Part shown: positions 27,051 to 38,697 of the stretch, in pieces | Position numbering within the stretch: position 1 is the stretch's first letter | Layout of the letters: each line of letters starts with the position of its first letter | NCBI GenBank assembly: GCA_003344405.1 | Contig: NOWV01000023.1 | Coordinates: 1 to 64,000, forward strand | Origin: Trichoplax sp. H2 | Lineage: Eukaryota | Direction: 5' to 3' | Length of the DNA stretch: 64,000 bases | Notes under the pieces: model-generated | What the model was told of the DNA's origin: nothing | Seen by the model: the letters and a program-made list of their open reading frames with translations, nothing else | The model's database searches: none | Program-made: the position numbers and the translations under genes

Positions 27051-27804
27051 TGTTACAGTGTTAAATACTGTATTACAGTAGAAATAACTATGTTAGGATA
27101 ATTCTGTTAGGCTATCCTTATTTAGTTAACTTCTAATTTGGATATACTGTGTTTTAATATAGCACTGACTTTTTATGACAGTGACACTTATACACATACT
27201 GAAATTNNNNNNNNNNNNNNNNNNNNNNNNNNNNNNNNNNNNNNNNNNNNNNNNNNTCAGATGAAACATTACCACAAACTATAAAAAGTCTAATTTCTTT
27301 CATCTCTGTGACCGACAATGTTCGTAAGGAATAAACCTACTACTTTTTATAATTATTTCCTCTATATTCGTATTCAATAAATGCAGCAAAAATTAGCTGA
27401 GATTGTGTCGGTTTACTGTGTTGCGATTCTCTATTGCTATATAAGAGATACAAGCAGTCCACCGTCGGTAGTTATCTTCGCTTTACTTTAGCGATATTAG
27501 ATGCCATAATACATTGATTGATTTACAGCAGTGTCACACACCACTAGTGACAAAGTAGTCTACACACGCCAATCCTTGCGGAGAACGCCACTTACTAACT
27601 TAAAGAGGCGAGATTAGCTATATCACCAAATAATTCAGTTCCAACAACCNNNNNNNNNNNNNNNNNNNNNNNNNNNNNNNNNNNNNNNNNNNNNNNNNNA
27701 TCTGACTATTCTGTATTAATCATTACATGTCTATGTTTGTAAATACTGTTGTCTGCATTAAGGGAGCAGTAGCTATAAGTAATATCTAATTCAGTAAAGG
27801 ATTC
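27051..27804 (-). repeat. Inverted copy 2 of the ~380-bp repeat, interrupted by two N gaps and an unrelated inserted contig
   Basis: The flanks match positions 382-227 and 109-5. The missing middle (110-226) falls in the gapped interval 27207-27699. Confidence 0.9.
27532..27649 (-). mobile_element. Other terminus (TGTCACA...) of the same putative LTR insertion, on a contig probably misplaced from the ~52 kb locus
   Basis: 27257-27531 is near-identical to 52565-52839. It ends in AGCAG and then diverges into TGTCACACACC. Confidence 0.65.
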
Positions 27805-29594
27805 CGAGGTTAATTGTATTAACTATGACTCATGAACTATTGAGGAATAGTATATAAATGCAGTATATCGTGAAATAAAGAGAATTTCTCCAACTTAGTG
27901 CTTAACGTAAAATACGAGGCGTTTAAGTCTTTGTGTAGTCTGCTAGTAGAGCAAAAGTGTTTGTGATAGTGCAGATATCGTTCCTTGATACGTGGTTCAA
28001 GGAATTGACTTATTGATCGTATATTACGTTATCTTGTTGCAAAGCTGTTTTGTGACATCGCCCAATAGAGATTTACTCATTTTTAATAACTCAAATTTCG
28101 AGTTAGTAGGTTGCGAACCTAAAGGGTTATAAAACCCATTCACTACAGTATTAAAGGCAATATAGCCACTTTAGATCGCTATAACTACAGTGCATTCATT
28201 GACTAATAGTAACCTTTAAAATTGACGATATATTGCATGATAAATTAATTTACTTTTTTGTTCTGACTCTATTAACAAGAATTGGCTTATTATCAGTCAA
28301 GTCATAAATATAATTGATAGCTCACCAAATAGATTATTACGAAATATGATGAGTATTTTATTTGATAATAATAACAGTAAAGCCGTCATTTCAACTATGG
28401 AGGACATCTAGCATCGATTAGTCATGAACTTAAGTGTCTCAGTATAATCAAAGCTGGTTTATAAAATGATCCTGAGATCAACAGTTACCTAATTAATACA
28501 GAATACAGTTCATAGTCTTATGGTCTTACTATTTGTTATCAATTAGCATTATATTCTGTAACGCTTTCAAATTTTAGCTGCGTTTATTACCATGATTTAG
28601 AGTTTAAAACTAATTTAAATCCATCTCATTATAGCAATTTAATTTATAAGTTAATAAATAAGTAAGTAATTTTTTTAACTGGGTTAGCCAACTACCGGTA
28701 ATTGTTCCTGTCATAATTAATGTTAAAAATTGATATACTATTATTACTTCATAGAATTATAACTTCATAATGCAGGATATATAGCTTTCATTATAATTAT
28801 CTAGATGATACAATCATTGATTGAGAGAATAATATTCATCATAATAAAAATTGATCAAATCAATTATGATCATTTTAAAGTTTACTTTAATAAAGTAATG
28901 AGGATAGATAACAGCTATCCTTGTTAATCAATATCGATTATATAGTTTATCTAAATTTAGTTCTAAATCACTGTTATAATTACTGCTTTGAAGTATGACA
29001 GTAATTAAGACGTTGCAAGTTCATTGTTTTACTGTACTCGTATAAAATTAAATTATGAGCTAAACTCAAACTAATATAACATAACAAAATGCATCCTCAT
29101 ATATAATTGATCATAATCAGATTTCATTAAATAAGTGAAAAATACAATAAGCGACTGTAATCACGATAATTATGCTGACGTGAAGAGTAGTCAATTATTC
29201 TCTACAGTGATTTTAATTTCCACATATATCTGTCTCCATTCATTGGGATATTCATTAAGCGACCTTCTATTAAAAAAATATACCTAATGAATGATAACGT
29301 TGAACAAATAGGAAAAAACAACTGTCCCGTGACAAAAGATATTATCACCACTTTCCTCTTATTTTCAAATTGATACCACCACAAGCCTTTGGGAACAGTT
29401 ACAGTGATATATTCTCAGAAGAAAGTATTAAGTACGTGCAGTAAAGAGCCACAGACTACTGTGATCAATTTATTTCATCTTATGTCATTCTTTTAACATG
29501 AGCCCAAATAGACTACTTGGATACAAATTATGTACTAAGATATAAAAATTCAATTTATCAATGTTGCTTTTATTGATCGAGCAACCACAACGTG

Positions 29595-30608
29595 ATGATA
29601 AATTTAACAAATAGTTCATTTCCTTACATGCCAATCTTATCCTACAAAGACATTTTCGTTGTTACAATATTGGGAATAATTGCTTCGGTCGCTTCGTTTG
29701 GTAATCTTTTCAATCTCTATCTCATCTATCACTCAAGATCATCACAATTGGTTGGTACTTTACTTCTTGCAAATTTAGGTTTAGCCGATTTATTTTCTGG
29801 ACTTGTTGTTATGCCGTTAGCTATTTATAGTTTCATCGTACAAGATACTATATCTCCGTTTCTGTGCCAACTGTGGGCAGTATTAGCTAGCCTAAGTATT
29901 GGTGTATCCTTTTATACTACTGCAGCCATTAGTATCGACCGCTGTATCGCCGTTGCTAGTCCATTTTATTACTCTCAATCTGTTAATTTACGTGTATTAA
30001 AAGTCCAGATTGTAATATTATGGCTAATAACTAGTGTAATCGCCATTATGCCAATGCTAGGCTTGAAAGCCTATGGTATTGGACATTACAGTTATATTAC
30101 AGGATCGCAACAATGTTGGGTTGATTTTACGGACAGAGATCACAATTATTATATTGGATTGGTTTTGTTGTCGATACTATCGTGCACGATAGTGATCATT
30201 GTACTGTGTTATAGTATTATATTTATCATTGCTTGGAGAAAAGGTTTACAAAATCTATCAGGCCATGGTACTATCAAAAAATCGATCCGAACAACTGGTT
30301 TAATTGTTGGCACCAGTCTAATGTGTTGGATTCCTCTTATAACTATATCTTACGTCGAATTTATAGACTTCATGTTACTGATATCAGATGACATAGTATT
30401 AGCAGCCTATCTTCTTACATTTTGTAGCTCCGCTATTAATCCTGTCGTTTACTCATTGACAAATAGCGAACTTAAGCGTCGTGTCCGACTAACGTTGCGA
30501 AGGACAAACGTAATTGCATTTTCACAATCAAAGCGTAAAGGCAAAGTTAACCCGATCGGAATCGATTCTGTTATTGGTAATCTCCATAGCTCTGTAATAG
30601 TCGGCTAA
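29595..30608 (+). CDS. Intronless class A orphan GPCR, paralogue 4, 337 aa
   Basis: First ATG is at 29595 (the ORF track starts at GTG 29592). NLGLADL, AISIDRC, QCWVDF, KKSIRTTGLIVGTS, CWIP and NPVVY motifs. Confidence 0.95.
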   Translation: MINLTNSSFPYMPILSYKDIFVVTILGIIASVASFGNLFNLYLIYHSRSSQLVGTLLLANLGLADLFSGLVVMPLAIYSFIVQDTISPFLCQLWAVLASLSIGVSFYTTAAISIDRCIAVASPFYYSQSVNLRVLKVQIVILWLITSVIAIMPMLGLKAYGIGHYSYITGSQQCWVDFTDRDHNYYIGLVLLSILSCTIVIIVLCYSIIFIIAWRKGLQNLSGHGTIKKSIRTTGLIVGTSLMCWIPLITISYVEFIDFMLLISDDIVLAAYLLTFCSSAINPVVYSLTNSELKRRVRLTLRRTNVIAFSQSKRKGKVNPIGIDSVIGNLHSSVIVG

Positions 30609-33280
30609 TTATTTGCTTACTGGAAAAGAAATTGATTGTTTCTAAATGTAATGTGTCATTAGTACATAGACATGTACGGTCCTAATTTATTGTATAAATA
30701 AAAAATAAATTATTTTACAAAAATTATGGCGAGCTTTGTATTCAATAACGATAAAATGTGGAGCATAAAGTGAATATTTTTTTTTTTATTTTGCGTAAGG
30801 CTAATGCATTCGTCATATATTACGTTAAGATATTAAAACTGATGATAGGACTTATAAATCCACTAATTTAGTCAATTTATTTAGTTGAGAAATAGAGATG
30901 TTATTGGCAAGTAATATAGCACATAATCAATCCAAACCCGATGTGTTACCAACGAGTAATCAGATCAAAACTAACCAAATTCTTAAATCTTTGGAAACTT
31001 ATGGTAGCCTACTTGGGCCTTCCATACTGTCTATATGATGAAATACCGTAGTATGTAAATCCAACTACTGTAGGTCATTGACTTTAATTGCATACTTAAA
31101 GACAGAACTAACTCTACCGTAACGAATAGAAAAGTAAACCTAACTTTCTGTCATACTGTAATTAGAGATTAAACATCGTTATTATCCTTTTCTATAATTC
31201 TCCTAATGCAACTATCTCATCATTTCCGTCGATACCTGTGTCAGTTGAAACTAGCGGATCAGTTCAGTTATGAAATTATGTAAAATCAATAAACAGGAGT
31301 ACCATAAGTGATTTATTATTTATTTCGGACTTTGAAGATGTTGTAAAAAGTGACTAGGAACTTATTCAATATGTGTACCATGAATATTTTATTCTGAAGT
31401 GGACTGCGCAATCAAGCATTCACGATACTTGATTATTAACTTCGTACATGGACCACTAAAGAGAAGACCTACTTTTCCAGTAGGTCATGCGTCGTATGCT
31501 ATCCCTTATACCAGGGCTAATTATCGAACTAATTTGAAAGAGAAAAATACTCGATTTTCTTGGTTATTTGTATTCAAAGTATTATAATCAGTGTGCAGAG
31601 TGTAAATTAATTGGAAGGCGGGCGGCAGCCATTATGATAATGAGTATCGCTATACATCTACTTTTACGTATTTGTAGATTCGTTAGTTGCCTAGCAATTG
31701 TGCCTTTGCAAATTAATTGCCCATTTACTGTTCAAACGCAATTTACTCGTAGATCTGCATTGGTCAACAGTCATCAACGATTTTAGCACAAAGGACTACA
31801 GGAAACAGTAGTAAACTAGGACATTAAGCTTCTCATGAAATCCCTTAGGGATATATAAAAAAAAACAAGCAATTCTAGTGAGGAGTACATCTTGATTGTA
31901 CTGTAGAAGCCCTATTTTCGATTCGACTAGCGCTATAAAACCAACTAGTCCATCCATCTTCTATTACACTAAAAGCTATCGCACTGTAATGGAAAATTCT
32001 TCTATTGCAATGAATAATTTCATTACTATTCAATCTAATAGCAAAGCTATGCACAAAATTGAGTCCATCGGCATGGCGATTGATGATAGATTATTGAATG
32101 GTGTACAGTATTATCATCGTGCAGACAAGCAGACGTGAGCTGTGCAATGCTAGCAATGTTATTTTAGCCAACTTTAGCATTAGCATGACTATCCGAAAAT
32201 TGATTTTCATTGATAATCATCGATTCTTTCTCTATTATCAAGTCCATAGGAAATACTAGGTGCCTATACACTTTCTTTGCTGAAGGTGGTCTTGCCACTA
32301 TCTGGCTCTGAGTTCTGCTAAGGTCTGCACGTGTGAGCTACTTTATGGTAGCAACCTGTGCCAATTACAACTATCTAAAGCGTTCTACTTCCTCTGCCAA
32401 TTCAATCCAATCATTTTTTACACAGTGTTTTGGCCTATTTCTGTAAGCAGATTGAGACTGTAATTAGTATCAACCATAGAGATAGATCTCATATTTTTAT
32501 ATTATTATCTCGATGGTATCGACAAAGTCGCTTGAAATTGCAGCTAAATCAAAGTAGGGCAAGGTAAAGTTTTTTCCGCCATCCTACAAATCCACCATTT
32601 AGACACCAGCCAAAGTACGGTTGTCTTGGATACGGTACGGTATGGCACGGTCCTTCTACGATTGATTGACTGTGCTGTCGCTGTTGGCAACTGCAGGTAT
32701 TGATACAGTATAGGAATTGTGGCTGCATTTTGCGGCATCTCGCACCTTAACTTAATTCGGCTTGCTCGACTAGCTGCAACCACATGCCATTGCCCATCTT
32801 GCCTTGGCGCTGTAGGAAAGTGGGAAAGAGTGCAATTTTCCATGCATTTGCTTGCGGTTTTATCCTATAGAATTAATAGACAAGCTATACGTTGACCAGT
32901 TTGCTACTTTGCGGACTAATAGTACATGAAGTAATCGTTTGCCGTCAACCAAGCTCCAATTGGACTTCATACGAGCGCAGTAAACTCCACGTTGCAGCAG
33001 CTTGCCATTTCGACGATTTCAGCTATTCTTGCAAAGCGAATCGTTCGGTATGCATTGAACAACTGAACATAGTAAATGAAATAAATTGTGATAGGTATTA
33101 CTTTAGACCTAGTAGTCCTTAGTCCTATCTTGAAAGAGCTAAAAATAAGATTATTGGTCTGGATTAAATGGTCATTCGTGCTGTTGAACTTCCAACAGTA
33201 CTGTGTTGAATCCATTTTTTTCATCATTTTTTCTCCTAGCTGTAACGCAACTCATCTTTCAAGAATTGAATACGAGCAGG

Positions 33281-36200
33281 ATGAAATTATCACCGCGAAA
33301 ATATCAACTAGATCTTGCTGTGATCGCGCAAGAAAGAAATACAATAGTCTATTTAGAAACGGGTAGTGGGAAAACCTTGATTGCTGTCCTTGTCATTCGA
33401 CAATTGTACAGGGAGCTATCCAAGAGCCTACAAGCAGGAGGCAAGAGAGCTATTTTCCTAGTTAACACAGGTGCGATGCCCTTTACCTGACATAGATATT
33501 GATATGCAAGTAGGATAATCGTATCCACAGTGGTTAATTTGTATTATTATTTAATGCTACTCTATCCTGGTGATATGCAAGTAGGATCCACAGTGGTTAA
33601 TTTGTAACTTAAAAGATGTTGTGTATTTATCATTATCTTAATAATATCTATCCGTTACTATGCAGTCCCTCTTGTTCACCAGCAAGCCAAATTTATTGCC
33701 GATCAAACTAGTTTCTGCGTTGGTAAACTATTTGGTAAATGTAATAGTGATAAACGTCGTTCCAATTGGAAAGATTTTTTCGATAAAAACAACGTTATAG
33801 TTGGCACACCGCAAACGTTATTAAGACTTTTAGAATTGAATATTGTCAACATGCAGATGATCAATTTGATAGTATTTGATGAATGCCATCATGCCACCAA
33901 ACATCATCCGTATAGCCGTATCATGGATGCCGTAAAAGCACTCGAAGAACAGGGCAGACCTAAAATTCTTGGTTTGACTGCATGTATATTTAAAGGAGAA
34001 TGTAAACCGAGCAAAGTGCCCCAAAGGTTAGCAGAACTAGAGGAAAAATTATCAAGCACTATCGCTATTCCGGGTTACTTAACTTACATCGATAAAAACA
34101 AGACACCTCCAACAGAATATGTAATCGATTACGAAACCACAGAAACCTCTATTTTTGAACAAGTAGAAGCGCTGTCAGATTGTTCTTTCCTCTTGAAAGG
34201 ATTCGATGCAATGTATTCCAATTCTTTTGAGAGTAAAGCGCAACGTGAACAGCAATCTACTTCATTGCAACTTGTGTTGACAGCATTTGACGAAGCTATT
34301 CTCACAGTCAACACTTTTGGTTTACGTATATTTCCTTTGGTCGCCGAAAGTATCGTGAAATGTATCAGAAAGGAATTAAGGATGTTTAGGGGAAAGGATG
34401 GAATCGATTACAAACTTTCCGCTAGTAATTCTTGGTTTCGGCCTGTTATACGAATATTAGAAGCCAAACTTAGCACTAAGATTGATGAATCCCACCCTTG
34501 TTATACGTGTTCTCATTTTGCCAAGTTATTGGATGTATTGACCACCTTCAAAGAGCAAGATACTGGTATCATCTTTGTCGATAGAAGAGTTACCGCCTTC
34601 GTTTTACATGAATTACTCGTGCGAATTTCACATACGGATCCCAATTTAGCCCATTTAAATGTTGGTTGTGTCATTGGCCGTAGTAGTATCAAGAGCCAAC
34701 TTTTAGGACAAGCGCAAATGAGTCGATATGAGCAAGAAGAAGTGATGAACCGATTCCGAAGGCATAAATATAATTTATTAGTTGCTACAAATGTGCTGGA
34801 AGAAGGTGTCGATGTATCTGAGTGCAATGTAGTTATAAGATTTGATCGCGTCAATCATTTTAGTTCATATTTACAGTCTAGAGGGAGAGCGCGTGCTGAC
34901 GACTCTTCCTATGTACTGATGATCAATCGAGAAAACCTTGATGCATTCATGGAAGAATATAACTCGTGGCATTCGGTAGAAAAATTCCTACGTAGCTCAC
35001 CAGAATTGCTGAATACTATCGTTTCTGGCATAAGCAAGTCCCTTTTCTCAAATGATAACAGTACGACTGATGCAAGCACAATCAGCAGCAAATTTGTCGT
35101 TGAAACTACCGGTGCCGAAGTTAACCTGTTTTCAGCTATCAGTGTATTGCTCAGGTTGGTGTACAGTCTAGTGTGTTTCAAAACTTGCTGTAATTTTCAT
35201 TTGATCGGTAAAATACGGTTAAGTGAAATAATATCAATTACTCAAAAAAAGGTACAGTCAAAGCATGATCAATGGTAAATCTCCTGAATTTGAGTACGAG
35301 ACGAATGATGATGGGACTCGAGCTAAAATAAAGTTGATATTTTCTAATCCGCCCGAAAAAACTACTATAGAGGTTTGAATTAATTAACAAGTAATACTAG
35401 CATTAATTTGGATTATAGTTGTTACGTTACAAAGTCACATGCAAGCTCATACAAAATCTATATATGCTCTTCTTATGCTGATATAAATAAAATTGAACCC
35501 CTGTAATAAGGGTCCAATGATGCAAAGTAAAAAAATTGCAAAAAAAGCCTCCGCCTTAGAAGCATGTAAATTCCTTCATGAAGTTGGTGAAATTACCGAT
35601 AACTTGGAACCGAATGTGGGAAAGTATCATCAGTCTATTGATAAAAGCCAGTATAAGCAATTTCCGATTAAGGTATTTTATTAACTAACTTAAACTATAA
35701 TATGTATTACGTGCAATGTATAATTCATTTGCTGCAAATATTGCGCAAAATCTTAACAAAATGCAATGATATGATCTAATATTCAAAATTAACATTATTA
35801 ACGTATGCTAAATGCTAGTTCCCCGACAATTTATCGATGCCAATCGAGGATGGTGATAACTTCTATCTTCACGTGATTAAGATTGAGCTAAAGAACAGCA
35901 CAATAGAGTCTATTGATACTGTCAGTTGTAGTTCGGACTTCGGATTAATATGCAAGACTAAGTTACACGAGGTATGGTCCTAAATTGTACTTGGATTTGT
36001 AAACTTTACATTCCGTTATTCCACGTTATTTTCAGAAGATAATTGGTGCTAATGGCTAGAAAATTTAATATATATCTTTGCGTTGATAGATTGAGCCAAC
36101 TTATTTACAAACATCGTGTGGCGACATATTATTATCGTTACAATCACTGGCTGTCCCGATGCACTATTCATGCGATGAATTAAGCCTTATTTCGAAATTT

Positions 36201-38403
36201 GTAGAGTATTTATTTACCAATATCACACCCTGTAGTACAATAACGGACTTAATCTACGATCCTACAAACAGTTATGCAAAATACATGATTGTTCCTCTAA
36301 ATTACGTCAAGAGCAGCAGGTTGCTACATTCCCTTTCAGCTAACTAGAATTATTCTTTGCTTGGATTCAATATACTTTAATTGCATAGAATTAGCCGTAT
36401 AGGGAATACAAGTTTGAATGTAATACTTTGACATTTTTCATTAATTTAAATTATTGACTACTTTTAGGTCTATGTATTCTATAAATTTTGAATTAATGGC
36501 AACGCTATTGAAGCCACGGAAATACTGGCCCTTTGCTAGTAATCTCGGTGATGGTTGCAAGAACGTTAATGACCTCTTAATAGTCAAAAATTACGGCCAC
36601 TGGGTTACGAACCAAGTCGACGTATACGCTTTGCGGAACATCTGCTACGACCTCTCACCGCTTTCTCGTTTTCCGACGGATAAGCGACTTACTTATAAAG
36701 CATATTACCATCGCAAATATCACACCAGAATTGAGAACTCAAATCAACCTTTATTCGCTGTTAAGACATTGCATCGATTCCCTGTAGCTTTAGTGCATGA
36801 AAATTGCATATCCCCTTGTAATAATACTAATGAAAGTAAGAAAAGTAATAGTGGTTTCGTACACTTAGTGCCTGAGTTATGCCTTGTTCATCCATTTTCC
36901 GCATCAATGTGGATGCTCTCACAGTTTTTACCTCTGGCCTTATACAAAATAGAGAAGAATTGTCTTGCTTATGAGATGATCGATTACATTCAGTGCGCAT
37001 CCATTCTGAAGAAAGTAACGGAACCTCGAAGGAAAAAACTATTGCTACGTGAAACAACCAACCTCGTGGATCGTATCACTCAGTCATTAACCCTCCCTAT
37101 TGCAGAAGAGCAATGTAATTTTAATAAGATTAAATATATAGGAAAAGTTTTTATCAAATTGGTTCTCGCTGTTAACTTATACCAAACCTGCCCTGATGAT
37201 AATTCCTATGCTCTAACCATGAAACGACGACAGCAAAGTAGCGAATTTTATCTGTTTAATCTAGCTGCTAAGACAAATATTCCATCCTATATTATCAGCA
37301 AGCCTTTCAATCAGTTAAAGTGTTGGATTCCCCCTGGTTTTACTTTTAGCATCCGTTGCAAGGATGATAGCTCTAGCGATTCAGCCTTGGCTGAAAGGAC
37401 GATTATAGAATCGATAACAGACAATTTTTTATCTGTTAAGTCAATAGCGGAATGCATATCTGCAATTGTTGGAGCACTGTTATTTCCTGATAATGAAACT
37501 GAAGGCTTAAACTTTCTAAAATGGCTTGGATTTGCCATTGAGCCATTTTCCTCCATCAGCAACGGTTTTGACGTCTGGAATGAAAAGATTACTCACATGA
37601 TTCAAGAATCTAATTCCCAGTCGTGGTTAGAGAAACTACACAAATTTGAGGAAAATCTTGGATACAAATTCATTAATATTGATTACTTAATTTTAGCCTT
37701 TACACATTCATCAAGCGAATTTGGAGATTCTTTTAATTACGAAAAATTAGAGTTCGTTGGTGATTCGATTTTGAATTATCTCGTTATTAAATACTTGTTT
37801 TTGGCAACAGATCAAGACATAACTAGATCTAAATTTTTTTATGGTATTGCTATATCAAATGAGGTCTATGGTTTATTATCTTATGCATATAACTTTCACC
37901 ATCTATTTTATCAGTCCCCTTTCGTAAAGGAGATGATCCTTGGTTTTGAGAAGAAAACGGCCGATTTACTTGAGGTAGCGTACTGGATTCTATAGTCTTG
38001 ATCTATTAAGATTAAGAAGCTATTGTGAATAAATTCTGATCGTAGTATTTATCATCTTAGGGAGGTTCTATACCAAGAAATGGCAATAAGCACGATTGGG
38101 TGTACACTATTTTTTCGAAATCAATCGACGACGATTTCAGTATTCCAAAGGAACTTGCTGACGTTTTTGAATCTTTAGCTGCAGCTATTTATTTTGATAG
38201 TGGTCAAAATCTTTCGACCGTATGGAATATTTATTCAAATTTATTAAAACCTTTTCTAGGTAATGTAGTCATAACGCAAACATAGAGAATGTTGCTGCGT
38301 AACGTTAAATTGCTATTAACACTGAATACGTTTCTTATCGAATATAGACAAGCTGCTGAAAGATAATCAAAAAAATTTCCAAGAACTCAACGGTGAAGAT
38401 TGA
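33281..38403 (+). CDS. Dicer: Dicer-like protein, ~1368 aa: DExD/H helicase, DUF283, platform, PAZ, degenerate RNase IIIa, intact RNase IIIb, no C-terminal dsRBD
   Basis: Hand-spliced GT-AG exons 33281-33470, 33666-35154, 35252-35372, 35511-35672, 35819-35971, 36090-36319, 36468-37974, 38061-38259 and 38348-38403. Total 4107 nt, all phases consistent. Motifs: PRKYQ, ETGSGKT, DECHH, GLTA, ATNVLEEGVDV, YLQSRGRAR, ALEACKFLHEVGEITDNLEP (DUF283), LVPELCLVHP (end of PAZ), EKLEFVGDSIL and PKELADVFESLAAAIYFDSG. A splice acceptor ending at 33239 means an upstream 5' exon is possible. Confidence 0.95.
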
Positions 38404-38697
38404 ATTTGATTAAAATAGTCCTTTATGCCATGACTGATACTTTAATAATGAGTGGCTCAGTATTCATTTCGGTTAGCAGCAAGACTATTTTACAATTTTA
38501 GGATAGCTTTAAATAAAGGCGTATATCGTGTGTATGTACTTTATCAGTAAAATAACTGAAAATTATGAACATCGAAAAGTTAATTATCTGTTTAGTTTAT
38601 CTTGTTGTTCGGATATTAATGACTACAAATACATAATTACATTTGAAGTTAACATGTTTGTTTGTTAGTAATATAAGTATGTTGCTATCATTGATCT

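Noticed and set aside
27257..27531. Three near-identical copies of one segment (27257, 51911, 52565) as a repeat family or CRISPR-like array
   Set aside because: Each copy abuts an N gap and they are near-identical. They are better explained as the same flank assembled from two haplotypes. There is no repeat-spacer structure.
3813..30608. Calling the GPCRs true opsins
   Set aside because: None of the four has Lys at the K296-equivalent position.
32677..32691. GTCGCT-GTT-GGCAAC X-box match upstream of Dicer
   Set aside because: It fits only the loosest consensus with a 3-bp spacer and has no supporting context.
32544..33227. Several 76-99 aa ORFs upstream of Dicer
   Set aside because: No recognisable domain and mostly non-ATG starts. 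The region looks like the Dicer promoter and 5' UTR.
33500..33606. ~36-44-bp direct duplication (TGATATGCAAGTAGGAT...CCACAGTGGTTAATTTGTA) in Dicer intron 1
   Set aside because: Real, but it looks like a simple slippage duplication with no effect on splice sites.
34129..37562. Antisense ORFs inside Dicer exons, and similar ones within OCIAD1 and IDH1
   Set aside because: These are shadow frames of real coding sequence.
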